Origin: Planctomycetia bacterium
GTDB lineage: Bacteria > Planctomycetota > Phycisphaerae > Phycisphaerales > SM1A02
DNA length: 64,000 nucleotides
Reading direction: 5' to 3'
Assembly: GCA_005799495.1 (NCBI GenBank)
Contig: SYGP01000028.1
Span: 6,913-70,912 of the forward strand
Position 1 is the stretch's first letter. Every line of letters begins with the position of its first letter. The notes below the pieces were generated by a model. The model saw only the letters and a program-made list of their open reading frames with translations, had not been told where the DNA came from and did not search any database. Below, piece after piece: positions 50,925 to 60,976 of the stretch. A program made the translations under genes and the position numbers.

Positions 50925-51119
50925 ACGCGTTCCGCCGGCAGGCCGCTTGACGGCAGTCGGCAGTTCGCATCAGGTGCGCCGATCACCTTCCTCGGCTGCG
51001 GGACGGACGGTCCGCTCGCAAGGCAGTAATCGGGTCGCCTCGCTCCGGAGATGCCCAACCTCCAGCGGCCCGGTGAACAACGCGTGCTTTTCGGCACGCA
51101 AGCCCCGAAGGAGAGTGTC

Positions 51120-51614
51120 ATGCCAAAGCAGTTCACCGCCAGCGAATCGCAACTCAAGCCCGATCCGCGCTATCAGGATCTGACGGTCGCCAAGTTCATC
51201 AATTGCATGATGCGCGGCGGCAAGAAGGCGACTGCGCAGCGTGTGGTGTACGACGCGTTTGATGCGCTGCAGTTGCGCCTCGACAAGGAAAAGAGCGATG
51301 CGCTGCCCAAGACATCGATCGAGCTGTTCCACAAGGCGATCGAGAATGTGCGCCCGAGCGTGGAAGTTCGTTCGAAGCGAGTGGGCGGAGCCAACTACCA
51401 GGTTCCGATGCAGTTGAATCGCCGCCGAGCACAGAGCCTGACTTTCCGATGGATCATCGAAGCTGTTCGCGACGAGAAGGGGAAGCCCGTGGCGATCCGT
51501 CTCGCGAAGGAGCTCTTTGATGCCGCGAAGAATGAAGGCAAGGCTGTGACCACGCGCGAGAACACCCATCGCATGGCGGATGCCAACAAGGCGTTCGCGC
51601 ACTTCGCTTGGTGA
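51120..51614 (+). CDS. rpsG: 30S ribosomal protein S7
   Basis: GAAGGAGAG lies upstream of ATG 51120. Motifs KFINCMMRGGKKATAQ, VEVRSKRVGGANYQVP and HRMADANKAFAHF are present. Confidence 0.95.
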   Translation: MPKQFTASESQLKPDPRYQDLTVAKFINCMMRGGKKATAQRVVYDAFDALQLRLDKEKSDALPKTSIELFHKAIENVRPSVEVRSKRVGGANYQVPMQLNRRRAQSLTFRWIIEAVRDEKGKPVAIRLAKELFDAAKNEGKAVTTRENTHRMADANKAFAHFAW

Positions 51615-51646
51615 CATCCTGACATTCCAGATTGTCCGCGTCGAAT

Positions 51647-51678
51647 GGCGGCGGCACGTTCCGCAGTCCGTGCCGCTG
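51647..51678 (+). terminator. GC-rich hairpin 33 nt after rpsG (possible terminator or mRNA stabiliser; no U-tract)
   Basis: The arms are GCGGCGGCACG and CGTGCCGCTGC, giving 11 bp including one G:U, with a 10-nt loop. I paired it by hand. Confidence 0.3.
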
Positions 51679-51729
51679 CGGGGGAGCCCATGCATTCGCT
51701 CGATGCGTCCGCCGATGTAGCCTGCAGGG

Positions 51730-52224
51730 ATGCAAACTGGTCTTGCCATCGCCCCGTCGCTTCGGATGACGCTTGGTTACGCCGAAGAGCTCGTTCGCAC
51801 CATCCCCGCGGATCGCTTTTCGCACATGCCGTGCGCGGACATGAATAGCCCTGCGTTCTGCATGGGGCATTTGGCGATCTACGCGTCGCGCGCGGGTGAG
51901 GCCATGGGTGTCGTGATCGCGCCGGCGCCGAGCGGCTGGATGGACTTGTTCAAGAATGGTGCGCCGTGCGTGGACAAGGCGGGGCACTACCCGAACAAGG
52001 ACGCATTGGTGGCGGAATTCATGCGCGGCTGGAGCGAGGTTGCGGAAGCACTGCCATCGGTTCCCGCTGCGACCTTCGACGAGCCGAATCCCGTGGCATC
52101 GCTCGCGCAGCGGCTACCGACGAAGGGAGCACTGCTGACCTTCTTGTGCCTTGCGCACAACATGGTGCACTTGGGACAGGTCAGCGCGTGGCGCCGAGTT
52201 GTGGGGCTTGGATCCGCGATGTGA
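51730..52224 (+). CDS. DinB-family (DinB_2-like) protein
   Basis: The protein is 164 aa. It has the His-containing helices typical of the DinB four-helix bundle (FCMGHLAIY ... LAHNMVHLGQVSAWRR). Confidence 0.65.
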   Translation: MQTGLAIAPSLRMTLGYAEELVRTIPADRFSHMPCADMNSPAFCMGHLAIYASRAGEAMGVVIAPAPSGWMDLFKNGAPCVDKAGHYPNKDALVAEFMRGWSEVAEALPSVPAATFDEPNPVASLAQRLPTKGALLTFLCLAHNMVHLGQVSAWRRVVGLGSAM

Positions 52225-52250
52225 GCGGGCCTTCGGCCGAGCGAGGTTGC

Positions 52251-54764
52251 ATGCCGCGCGCCGTGTCGCGCGCGCTCCTCGGCCTGTGGTGTCTGTGCCT
52301 GAGCGCGACGGTCGGCTGGCAATCCCCAGCGCCGCAGTGGTTCGCGGATCCGATCTCGCTCGGCGATCTCATCACGCTGCTCGAGCGCTCGGGAGCCGGC
52401 GGGGTCGCTCGCACCGCTGCTGTGGAAGCCGCGTATGCGCAGTATGAGCAGGGGTGGAGAACGCTGCGCAGCGGCAGCATGGGAAGATTCGAGTCGGCGA
52501 GTGCAGATGTCCCCCGCAGCATGGTTGGCGTCGATGCGGAGCGACTCCGTTCGGTCGTGCCGCAGTGGCAGGCGCTCTGCGCAAGCCGCGATCGCATCGA
52601 ATCTGCGCTTTTCGATGGGGTGAGCCGTGCTGCCGATGCGGCAGAACGCGATGCGGTGGATGCGGCGCGTGCTGCAAGGCGTCGGACCGTCGTGCGACTG
52701 GATGTGCGGCTCGATCCGCCGACGCTGACGAGACTGGTGGACTTTCGCGATCTGCTGTGGGCAATCCCGACCTTGGAGTGGAGTGCGCAAGACCCGAAGA
52801 TGCAGCAGGCTTGTGCAGACGAGATGCGGAAGAGTGACCGGAACCTCTTGGGGTGGCTGGAAGGGCGTTCGACGGCCTGGGGCGTCGGCGTGCTTCAGTA
52901 CGCGGCGGATCCACGGAGCAAGCCGCTGCCGGATGATGCGAAGGAAGATGAGGCGCGTGTCCGTGAGTGGATGAGTGGCCATCGCGCTGCGTTCGAGGAG
53001 GCGTTCGCGGAGGTCAGTCGACAAGAGGCGAGTTATCTCCGAGCCAACGGCAGTCTGCTCAGCGCAGTGGAGGGGGTCACCAAGCCGCTTCCCGTCTCAG
53101 TGCAGAACGGCGTTCGTGAGGCCTACCTGGAGGTTGCACATCCCGAGATTCGGGTTCCAACTTCCCTCGGCGTGCAAGCCTGCGCTGCGCGGGCGATCCG
53201 CGCGAAGTCGCTCTCCCATGTGAACGACTCGCGTCTGACCATCCGCCAGTTGTTTCAGGATTGGTCGACGCAGGACCGTCGCCTGACGGATGCGCTCATG
53301 GCATTGGATATTTCGCTTCACTCGCCGGCGCGGTACGTGCTCCTTCCCGATGGCGATCGAGTGCAGCCGCCGATGGATCCGAAATGGCGATCGCTCGAGG
53401 ATCGTCGCACGGCTGCAGCGCAGGCGATCATGAATCAGATCCGAGGGATGCTGAGTGTGGCAGAACGCGCGGCGTTCGATGACGAGTTGTCTCCGGAGCA
53501 GGACGTGCACTTTCTTTCGTCGGATGTGGTCTCGCTGGATGCGGAGAAGGTGCATGTTCGCGATGCTGTCACCGCGGTGCCCGCATGCCCCACGATGCCG
53601 GAGCCGGAGGGTCGGGATGTGGCTCGGGTTCCGATCACGCGGGCGATGGGTGTCGAGTGGGTGTCGTGCATCGCGGCCGCGTTGCAAGCGGATGCTGCTT
53701 CTTCCGAGGTGCTTGAAACACTCCACCGCGACTACATCGCTGAATGGGAGCAGCGTCTGAAGGAGCGCGTGAGGACGCTGGAGGACGCCGCGCGAGGCGA
53801 GTCGATGCGATCGGAGGAGGAGGTGGAGCAGCGCATGGAGGAGTCGCGGCTGCTGGCGCTTGAGCAGCGTGCACTCGATGAGACGCTGCTGACGGACGCA
53901 TCCGTGGCGCTGCTGAAGCGCGGTGATGAGCCGATCGTCGAGCTCATGCGGATCGCGCGATTCTGCGGAGAGCCGCAGTGGGGAATCGACAGTGTGTTCG
54001 ATCGGCAATCGGGCGGCGAAGAGAACTGCAATGTGCCGCTGGTCGTGCTGTCCGCCGGTTTGGACCATGATGCGCTGCTTCGCGCCGCGCATGTGATCGA
54101 GTCGGAGCGGCTTGCGTTGGAAACTTCGGCTGCGAAGTTCGCCGCGATGCAGGAGCGATACTGGATCTGGAGGATGCAGGCGCCGATCCTGTGGCAGCGG
54201 GGATCGCAACTCACGGATCCTGGTCGGTGGGGCGCGATGCAACGGCAATTGAATGCACGCGAGGAGCAGTTGATGATGGAGGGCAGGGCAGCCGCGAGGG
54301 CAAAGGCGGCGGCGCAACGCCACGCTCTCGAGGCGGTGCTGTTGGTGATTCCTGCGGCGGCACGCCCAGTGGTCGAGGCGAGATTCCTCCGATCGGCCTA
54401 TCCAACCGCGTTCTCCACGACGGAAGCGGCGGCGATCGCGATTCGCAAGGCGCTGCAGTTGGAGGGTCTCACCGAGGGGCAGCGGGTCGCGCTCTCGGTG
54501 GCTCGAGATGCGTTCGAGGAACAACGCGCGACGCTGACCAAACGACTTCTGGCACTCGTGAGCGAGGAGAGTGTGCCTCAGAGCAGTGGGGTGGATGCAG
54601 CATCGGTTGCAAAGGCGGTGCAGGATCGTGTGCTGGCGATCGAACAAATCACGGTCAAGCGGGATGAAGCGTGCGTGCGAGCGATCGATGCGGTGTGCAA
54701 CGCATTGGACGCGGCGCAGCTGCGGCAGATCGACCTGAAGTGTGCGGTGCGTCCGCAGGAGTGA
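52251..54764 (+). CDS. Hypothetical secreted protein (837 aa), Ala/Arg/Glu-rich, predicted helical
   Basis: ATG at 52251 lies after the DinB stop. The signal-like segment is ALLGLWCLCLSATVGW. Coding bias is uniform over 2.5 kb. I recognise no family. Confidence 0.65.
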   Translation: MPRAVSRALLGLWCLCLSATVGWQSPAPQWFADPISLGDLITLLERSGAGGVARTAAVEAAYAQYEQGWRTLRSGSMGRFESASADVPRSMVGVDAERLRSVVPQWQALCASRDRIESALFDGVSRAADAAERDAVDAARAARRRTVVRLDVRLDPPTLTRLVDFRDLLWAIPTLEWSAQDPKMQQACADEMRKSDRNLLGWLEGRSTAWGVGVLQYAADPRSKPLPDDAKEDEARVREWMSGHRAAFEEAFAEVSRQEASYLRANGSLLSAVEGVTKPLPVSVQNGVREAYLEVAHPEIRVPTSLGVQACAARAIRAKSLSHVNDSRLTIRQLFQDWSTQDRRLTDALMALDISLHSPARYVLLPDGDRVQPPMDPKWRSLEDRRTAAAQAIMNQIRGMLSVAERAAFDDELSPEQDVHFLSSDVVSLDAEKVHVRDAVTAVPACPTMPEPEGRDVARVPITRAMGVEWVSCIAAALQADAASSEVLETLHRDYIAEWEQRLKERVRTLEDAARGESMRSEEEVEQRMEESRLLALEQRALDETLLTDASVALLKRGDEPIVELMRIARFCGEPQWGIDSVFDRQSGGEENCNVPLVVLSAGLDHDALLRAAHVIESERLALETSAAKFAAMQERYWIWRMQAPILWQRGSQLTDPGRWGAMQRQLNAREEQLMMEGRAAARAKAAAQRHALEAVLLVIPAAARPVVEARFLRSAYPTAFSTTEAAAIAIRKALQLEGLTEGQRVALSVARDAFEEQRATLTKRLLALVSEESVPQSSGVDAASVAKAVQDRVLAIEQITVKRDEACVRAIDAVCNALDAAQLRQIDLKCAVRPQE

Positions 54765-54774
54765 ACGGAACCCC

Positions 54775-56268
54775 GTGCGCCACCTCATTCTTGCGATGGA
54801 TCAAGGGACCAGCAGTTGCCGGAGCGTGGTCGTCGATGAGGCGGGAATCATGCAATCGCGTGCGCAGGAGGAGTTGTCGACGCAGTTTCCGAAGCCAGGT
54901 TGGGTGGAGCACGATGCGCAGGAGATCTGGTCGCGGCAACTGTCGACCGCACGAGCGGCGCTGAAGGCGTGCGGAGCCGATGCAAAGGATGTTGCCGCGA
55001 TTGGCATCACGAATCAGCGGGAGACTGTGGTGGTGTGGGATCGACAGAGCGGTGTTCCCATCCATGCCGCGCTGGTGTGGCAGGATCGCCGTACAGCCGA
55101 TGCCATGGAACGTCTTGCGGCGGAGGGCAAGACCGATTTCGTGCAGCAGCGCAGCGGACTCGTTCTGGACCCTTACTTCAGCGCATCGAAACTGGCCTGG
55201 GTGCTCGATCATGTGCCGCAGGCGCGTGCGCGCGCGGAGCGCGGCGAGTTGGCAGCGGGCACGATCGATGCGTGGCTCGTCTGGCAGTTGACGGGCGGCC
55301 GCGTGCATGCCACGGATGTGTCGAACGCGTCTCGCACGATGCTGATGAGTCTGACGACGCTCGACTGGGACGATGCGTTGCTGGATCTGCTGCGAGTCCC
55401 TCGTGCGGTGCTGCCGCGTATCGTGGATTCGAGCGGCGTGTGTGGCGAGAGCGATGCATCGGTGCTTGGCGCATCGATCCCTGTTGCTGGCATCTGCGGC
55501 GATCAGCAGAGCGCGCTGTTTGGGCAAGGCTGCACGGAACGGGGACAGACCAAGATCACCTATGGAACGGGGTGCTTTCTCCTGGCCGGCACGGGGTCGG
55601 AAGTCGTGATGAGTCGGAACAGATTGCTGACGACAGTCGCATGGCGCTTGCAGGGACAGCCCGCAGCATTCGCGCTCGAGGGCAGCGTCTTCATGGGTGG
55701 CGCGGCGGTGCAGTGGCTGCGCGACGGGCTTGGGATCATTCGGACCGCCCGCGAGGTGAACGATCTCGCAGCCTCGGTGTCCGACTGCGCCGGCGTGATG
55801 ATGGTGCCAGCGTTCACGGGACTGGGAGCGCCCCACTGGGATCCGACTGCGCGCGCGTGTGTGCTGGGCATGACGCGCGGCACCACTGCCGCACACCTTG
55901 CACGGGCAACGCTCGAGGGCATCGCGCTCGAGGTGTGCGATGTGGTGGAGGCGATGGAAGCGGATCTCGGGGCACGCCTCCGCATGCTGCGCGTCGATGG
56001 AGGGGCATGCGCGAGCGATCTGCTGATGCAGATGCAGTCTGATTTCCTGGGTGCGGCGGTGGAACGCCCTCGGCAACTGGAGACAACCGTGAGAGGCGCG
56101 GCGTTCCTCGCTGGTCTTGGTGTCGGCTTGTGGAAGCGCGTGTCGGATGTCGCGGCGTTTCGGTCCGTGGATCGGACATTCACCCCGTTGCTGGATCCGG
56201 CGACTCGTGCCACCATGCGCCGGCAATGGAAGCGAGCGGTCGATTGTTCGAAGGGGTGGCAGGCGTGA
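54775..56268 (+). CDS. glpK: Glycerol kinase
   Basis: Motifs ILAMDQGTSSCRS, GWVEHDAQEIW, IGITNQRETVVVWD, YGTGCFLL and GGAAVQWLRD are present. The GTG start at 54775 lies 10 nt after the upstream stop. Confidence 0.9.
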   Translation: MRHLILAMDQGTSSCRSVVVDEAGIMQSRAQEELSTQFPKPGWVEHDAQEIWSRQLSTARAALKACGADAKDVAAIGITNQRETVVVWDRQSGVPIHAALVWQDRRTADAMERLAAEGKTDFVQQRSGLVLDPYFSASKLAWVLDHVPQARARAERGELAAGTIDAWLVWQLTGGRVHATDVSNASRTMLMSLTTLDWDDALLDLLRVPRAVLPRIVDSSGVCGESDASVLGASIPVAGICGDQQSALFGQGCTERGQTKITYGTGCFLLAGTGSEVVMSRNRLLTTVAWRLQGQPAAFALEGSVFMGGAAVQWLRDGLGIIRTAREVNDLAASVSDCAGVMMVPAFTGLGAPHWDPTARACVLGMTRGTTAAHLARATLEGIALEVCDVVEAMEADLGARLRMLRVDGGACASDLLMQMQSDFLGAAVERPRQLETTVRGAAFLAGLGVGLWKRVSDVAAFRSVDRTFTPLLDPATRATMRRQWKRAVDCSKGWQA

Positions 56269-57857
56269 AGGACACCCGAGCGTTTTCCCGTGATGACATG
56301 ATCGCGCGATGTGACGGAGCGTCCTTCGATGTGCTGGTGATCGGCGGGGGCGCGTCGGGTCTGGGCATTGCGGTCGATGCGGCGCAGCGCGGCTACAGCG
56401 TCTGTTTGCTCGAAGCGGAGGACTTCGCCAAGGGCACATCGAGCCGCAGCACGAAGTTGGTGCACGGTGGCGTTCGCTACCTCGAACAGATGGACATCGC
56501 TCTCGTCATCGAGGCTCTCCGAGAGCGCGGCCTCATGCATGAGAACGCGCCACATCTCGTGCACGATCTGGCGTTCATTGTTCCCCGCTACAGCTGGTGG
56601 GAGGCACCGTTCTATGGCGTCGGGCTGAAGTTGTACGACCTGCTCGCGGGAAAGCGCAATCTGGCTCCGAGCCGCATCTTGTCCCGTGACGACACGCTTG
56701 CGGCGATCCCGAATGTTTCGGTGGAAGGACTGCTCGGCGGGATCGAGTACCACGATGGACAGTTCGACGACGCGCGCATGGCAATCTCGCTGGCCCGCAC
56801 GGCCGCATCGCATGGCGCGGTGATGGTCAATCACTGTCGTGTGGTCGCGCTCACACAGGATGCGGATGGGGCGGTGCATGGTGCTCGCGCAATCGACGCG
56901 GAATCAGGGCGCACGCTGGATCTCCGAGCGAGGGTGGTCGTGAATGCATGCGGCATCTTTGCGGACTCGGTGCGAGCGATGGCGGATGCAAGCGCTCGAC
57001 CGATGGTCGAACCTGCGCAGGGAGTTCATTTGGTACTCGATCGTTCGTTCCAGCCGAGTGATCGTGCGATCATGGTTCCGCACACGGATGATGGGCGCGT
57101 GCTGTTCGTGATCCCATGGCATGGACGGATCGTGGTGGGCACGACGGACACGCCGATGGAGAACGCGCTCATCGAGCCGCGCGCACTCCCCGAGGAGATT
57201 GACTTCATCCTTCGCAACGCGGGGCGTTATCTCGAGCGGCAGCCGCAGCGCGGTGATGTGCGCGCGGTCTTCGCGGGAATGCGCCCGCTCGTTCACGAGG
57301 GTGGGCGCGGCGGTGCAACCAAGTCCATCTCGCGGTCACACAAGGTGCTCGTCGATCCGAGCGGGCTAGTGTCGATCCTGGGTGGGAAGTGGACCACCTA
57401 CCGCAAAATGGCGGAAGACACGCTCGACCGCGCGATCGATGTCGGAGGGCTCGAGAGACGCGCGTGCGCCACCGAGTCGCTGCGGGTCCATGGTTGGATG
57501 GCACGGACCGACCCTGCACTGCCTTCTGAGGATTGGTTGCGTGTCTTCGGTGCGGATGCGCCGCGGGTGCGCGCGGTGTGCGCGGAGCGAGCCGAGTGGA
57601 GTGCTCCGCTCCACCCGAACCTTGCGGTTCCGATGGGAGTCGTGGCCTATGCAGCGCGCCACGAGATGGCGCGGACCGTGGATGATGTACTTGCCCGTCG
57701 CACGCGCTGTCTCCTGCTCGATGCGCGCGCGGCGCATTCCTGCGCAGGAGCAGTGGCGCAGGTGCTTGCGCAGGAACTCGGTCGGGACTCCGCGTGGGCC
57801 ATCCGCGAGCGCGAGTCGTTCGAGTCGCTCGCCAACGGCTACATGCTTGGGGAGTGA
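56265..57857 (+). CDS. glpD: FAD-dependent glycerol-3-phosphate dehydrogenase
   Basis: The sequence DVLVIGGGASGLGIAVDAAQRGYSVCLLEAEDFAKGTSSRSTKLVHGGVRYLE is present. GTG at 56265 overlaps the glpK stop (GTGA) and has GAAGGGG upstream. An alternative ATG is at 56298. Confidence 0.9.
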   Translation: MKDTRAFSRDDMIARCDGASFDVLVIGGGASGLGIAVDAAQRGYSVCLLEAEDFAKGTSSRSTKLVHGGVRYLEQMDIALVIEALRERGLMHENAPHLVHDLAFIVPRYSWWEAPFYGVGLKLYDLLAGKRNLAPSRILSRDDTLAAIPNVSVEGLLGGIEYHDGQFDDARMAISLARTAASHGAVMVNHCRVVALTQDADGAVHGARAIDAESGRTLDLRARVVVNACGIFADSVRAMADASARPMVEPAQGVHLVLDRSFQPSDRAIMVPHTDDGRVLFVIPWHGRIVVGTTDTPMENALIEPRALPEEIDFILRNAGRYLERQPQRGDVRAVFAGMRPLVHEGGRGGATKSISRSHKVLVDPSGLVSILGGKWTTYRKMAEDTLDRAIDVGGLERRACATESLRVHGWMARTDPALPSEDWLRVFGADAPRVRAVCAERAEWSAPLHPNLAVPMGVVAYAARHEMARTVDDVLARRTRCLLLDARAAHSCAGAVAQVLAQELGRDSAWAIRERESFESLANGYMLGE

Positions 57858-57879
57858 ACGCGTCTCGTATCCTCGCGTC

Positions 57880-59904
57880 ATGTGGATGAACGGTCATCGT
57901 GCATCGGTGCGGGGCGTGCTGATCGTCTGCGCAGTCGCCATCTTCGCCGCGATGCCTGTGCGGGGACAAGAGCCGCAAGTCCAGGGCCAACCGATTCCGA
58001 TGCCATGGCCGATGAAGATCGGACTGCAGTCCTATCAGGTGTCGATGCGGCTGCCCGTCGTCGATCAAGTGGTGCTCGTACCCGATGGGGCGACCTACAT
58101 CGATGAGATCAGCCGCTGGGATCTTCGCGGACGCTGGCCCGTGCTGATCGACGATGCGAAGTATGCACCGATGTTCGTGCGGGCGTTCAAGCCAGCGCGC
58201 GTCGTGCGCCGTGCATCGGTGGGAAGCATGCCCGTAGGTCGCGCCGAACGCGAGGCGCTTTCGCAGCAGGCGATCCTGCGTGCATGGTCCATGCCGGGCA
58301 AGGACTCTGCTGCGAAGACGCCTGCCGAGGCGTACGCATCCGTTGGATTCCAACCATTTGGAGCGGTGTTCGCAAGCATGGACGACCCCGCATGGACCGC
58401 CGGCGTCGCGTTGGCCGCTGGGAGAGGGCAGGCAGCGTTCTGGGTCGATGGGTCGCTCGGGCAGCCGAGTGACACGCTGGGTTCGGAACAGTTTCGCGCG
58501 CTCGCCAAGCAGGTGGAGGATGCAGTGCGTTCCACTGGACTTCCTTCGATGCAGCTCGGCGACGCGATCGATGCGGTGACGATCTGTCTGTCGATGCCGC
58601 TGAAGGCGGAACCGCCGCGCGGCAGTCGTGCGCAAGCAGTACCGCAGGGCATCCCATCGAAGGCGGGCGAACCTGTCGCAACCGTCGATGGACTGTGCCG
58701 AAACGAGGATGGCAGCCGCTGGGCCGTTGCATCGAACATCTTCGGCGATGAGGTCCGAAGCGCGTATGTTGCGATGAGCAGCCTGTTCTTGTCGCCACGC
58801 TCCGCATGGCTCGTCAACACCTACGCATCGGATGGTGACTGGGCGAAGTACGGATTGGCGAACGCGGCAAAGCTGCTTCGGACGGCGCAGTTCGATGTCT
58901 TTGAACTGTCGGGCGCGAAGGCGTCCGTGGTCGGTTGGCTGAACATGCTGATGAGCGGGTGCAAGGCGGAAGTTCTCTTCATGAACTCGATGGGGAACAT
59001 GGACTTCTTCAAGATGTGGCAGGAAGTCGAGTGTTGGCCGGAGGATGTTCCGGTGTTGCATCATCCACTGGCGCTTCACTTCATTCATTCGTGGAGCATG
59101 ACGAGTGCTCAGGTGCGCGAGACCGTCGGTGGTCGATGGTTGGAGAGCGGTACCTATGCGTACGCAGGAAGCGTGTACGAGCCGTATCTGGTTGCGTTCG
59201 TGCCGCCGGAAGTCGTGGCTGCGCGCGCGGCGGACCTGATGCCTTTCCTCGTGGCAAGTCGTTGGCTGGAGGGGCCGGTGGATGCAACATGGCGCGTGAC
59301 GCTCTTCGGGGATCCCTTGATGGTGCTGCCGCCGCCGTCACAGCCACAAGTGGCGCGCGTGCCGCCGCCTGAACTCGATGCGGCGAAGGGTGAGATGGAT
59401 CTCCGTGCTGCGGCGCGTGCTTCACTCGTTGCTGCGAGGGGATCGGGCGCGGCGATGGACTATGCCGCGGCGATGTCCGATGTCGTACGGAGTGGCGACG
59501 ATGCCCTGGCGGTGCAGTTGTGGTCGCTCGCCTCCACCAAAGGCGATGATGTTCGCGCGGCGTGCGCTTCATCAGCGCTCGGTCCGCTCTTCCGCGCGCG
59601 AGAGTCCGATGCGTTTCTCGATGCCTACAAGGCGCTCACTTCACCGACGCCGCAGGAGCAGGACATGTTGTGGCAACTCTGGACGCAGCAGCTTGCATCG
59701 ATCAAGGATGCGCAGACACTGGGGTGGTTTGCACAGCAGGTGCGACCTGTTCGACCCTTCGTGGATCTTGGACGGCTTGCCCCAGAGATCAAGCGCGTGA
59801 GTGGCTCGAATGCCGCACTCGAGGTGGTGGGTGCGTGGCTGCTGAAGGAGAAATCCGAGTCGAATCGAACGCGCCTCAAGGAGCTGATGGCGAAGATTCC
59901 TTGA
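57880..59904 (+). CDS. Hypothetical secreted protein (674 aa)
   Basis: ATG at 57880 lies 22 nt after the glpD stop. The signal peptide is GVLIVCAVAIFAAMPVRG. Coding bias is uniform. I recognise no family. Confidence 0.65.
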   Translation: MWMNGHRASVRGVLIVCAVAIFAAMPVRGQEPQVQGQPIPMPWPMKIGLQSYQVSMRLPVVDQVVLVPDGATYIDEISRWDLRGRWPVLIDDAKYAPMFVRAFKPARVVRRASVGSMPVGRAEREALSQQAILRAWSMPGKDSAAKTPAEAYASVGFQPFGAVFASMDDPAWTAGVALAAGRGQAAFWVDGSLGQPSDTLGSEQFRALAKQVEDAVRSTGLPSMQLGDAIDAVTICLSMPLKAEPPRGSRAQAVPQGIPSKAGEPVATVDGLCRNEDGSRWAVASNIFGDEVRSAYVAMSSLFLSPRSAWLVNTYASDGDWAKYGLANAAKLLRTAQFDVFELSGAKASVVGWLNMLMSGCKAEVLFMNSMGNMDFFKMWQEVECWPEDVPVLHHPLALHFIHSWSMTSAQVRETVGGRWLESGTYAYAGSVYEPYLVAFVPPEVVAARAADLMPFLVASRWLEGPVDATWRVTLFGDPLMVLPPPSQPQVARVPPPELDAAKGEMDLRAAARASLVAARGSGAAMDYAAAMSDVVRSGDDALAVQLWSLASTKGDDVRAACASSALGPLFRARESDAFLDAYKALTSPTPQEQDMLWQLWTQQLASIKDAQTLGWFAQQVRPVRPFVDLGRLAPEIKRVSGSNAALEVVGAWLLKEKSESNRTRLKELMAKIP

Positions 59905-60976
59905 CGGGCTGGGGCTGTGGCCTTGCCGCCTTCGCTTCGAGGATCTTGCCGCGGATCTCGTCTGGATCGAAACGGAACGGCGCGGGGTCATCTGAGTCGA
60001 ACGCTCGTGCGGTGTCGATGAGTGCGGAAGCGATCGCGACCGTGCCCACAAAGGTTGGATGCAGTTGATCGTTCTGCAGCAGTGGAACCTCGTCGGTGGA
60101 AGTCCACTCGCGCCCACCGAGTCGCACGGGTCTTCGCTCGCGGAGTCCAGCCTGCACTTCCGAGAGGGGAAGCAGTCGGGCCGAGGGATGATCACGGATC
60201 CATGCTCGGATGCGTTCGTTCGCCGTGGTGATCGTCTCGACATCGGGCACCTGCGCCTTCGAGAGCATGCGTCCAATCGATTCTCGCATGTCGGGAATGT
60301 CGCCGAGCACGATCGGTGCGCCCGCATCGATGATCCGCTGCAGTTGCTGCAGGCCGCGCTCGAGATTCTCCAGTCGCTGCGCCCCCCCGTGCATGGGTGC
60401 GCCCTCGGCGTTCACGGTGCCGTACGCGAACCAGAAGAGGTAGTCGAGCGCAAGGACCAGCGTTGGTTGCGCATCCATCGCGCGGTCGACTTCGCTTCGG
60501 GCCACGGGACCAGGATTGGCGAAGAAGAAACCACTGGTGAAGTGACGGATGGTCGGCAGGTTGGGCGCAGTGTCTGGCGTGGGCAGATCGGTCGCAGCAG
60601 GTGTGGAGCGCGCGCCAGCATGCCGCAGAATCATCGCGAGTGAGACGCTGACGGGCGGCACGCGCCGCGGCTTCGCGGACGCTGCGCCTTCGGGTTGCAT
60701 GGGCGGCTTGGTGGCCTCGGACGACTCGGTCGGGTGGATGAAAACCCCAAACCCATCGGATGCGCTCGCGCCGATCACGACGATGCGCTCGTACAGATTG
60801 CGCGTCTGCGGTGGAGATGATTGCGTGGAAGGATCGGCAACAGGAGTCTGTGCCGGGACCGCCGTGGCGAACGCGAGAGCGAACGCCAGAGCAACAGGCG
60901 AGGCAACAATCCGTGCGAAGCGCGCGGCAGTTCGCGAAAGGGCGTGGGGACCGGCGCGCAGGGCGTGGTGGTTCAT
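59876..60976 (-). CDS. SGNH/GDSL-like hydrolase candidate, secreted
   Basis: The signal peptide is [17 protein letters not shown] block-I-like motif ([12 protein letters not shown]) and a block-V-like motif (NDQLHPT) are present. The ATG overlaps the sucD stop (ATGA at 60973-60976). Confidence 0.5.
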   Translation of the reverse strand: MNHHALRAGPHALSRTAARFARIVASPVALAFALAFATAVPAQTPVADPSTQSSPPQTRNLYERIVVIGASASDGFGVFIHPTESSEATKPPMQPEGAASAKPRRVPPVSVSLAMILRHAGARSTPAATDLPTPDTAPNLPTIRHFTSGFFFANPGPVARSEVDRAMDAQPTLVLALDYLFWFAYGTVNAEGAPMHGGAQRLENLERGLQQLQRIIDAGAPIVLGDIPDMRESIGRMLSKAQVPDVETITTANERIRAWIRDHPSARLLPLSEVQAGLRERRPVRLGGREWTSTDEVPLLQNDQLHPTFVGTVAIASALIDTARAFDSDDPAPFRFDPDEIRGKILEAKAARPQPQPVKESSPSAP

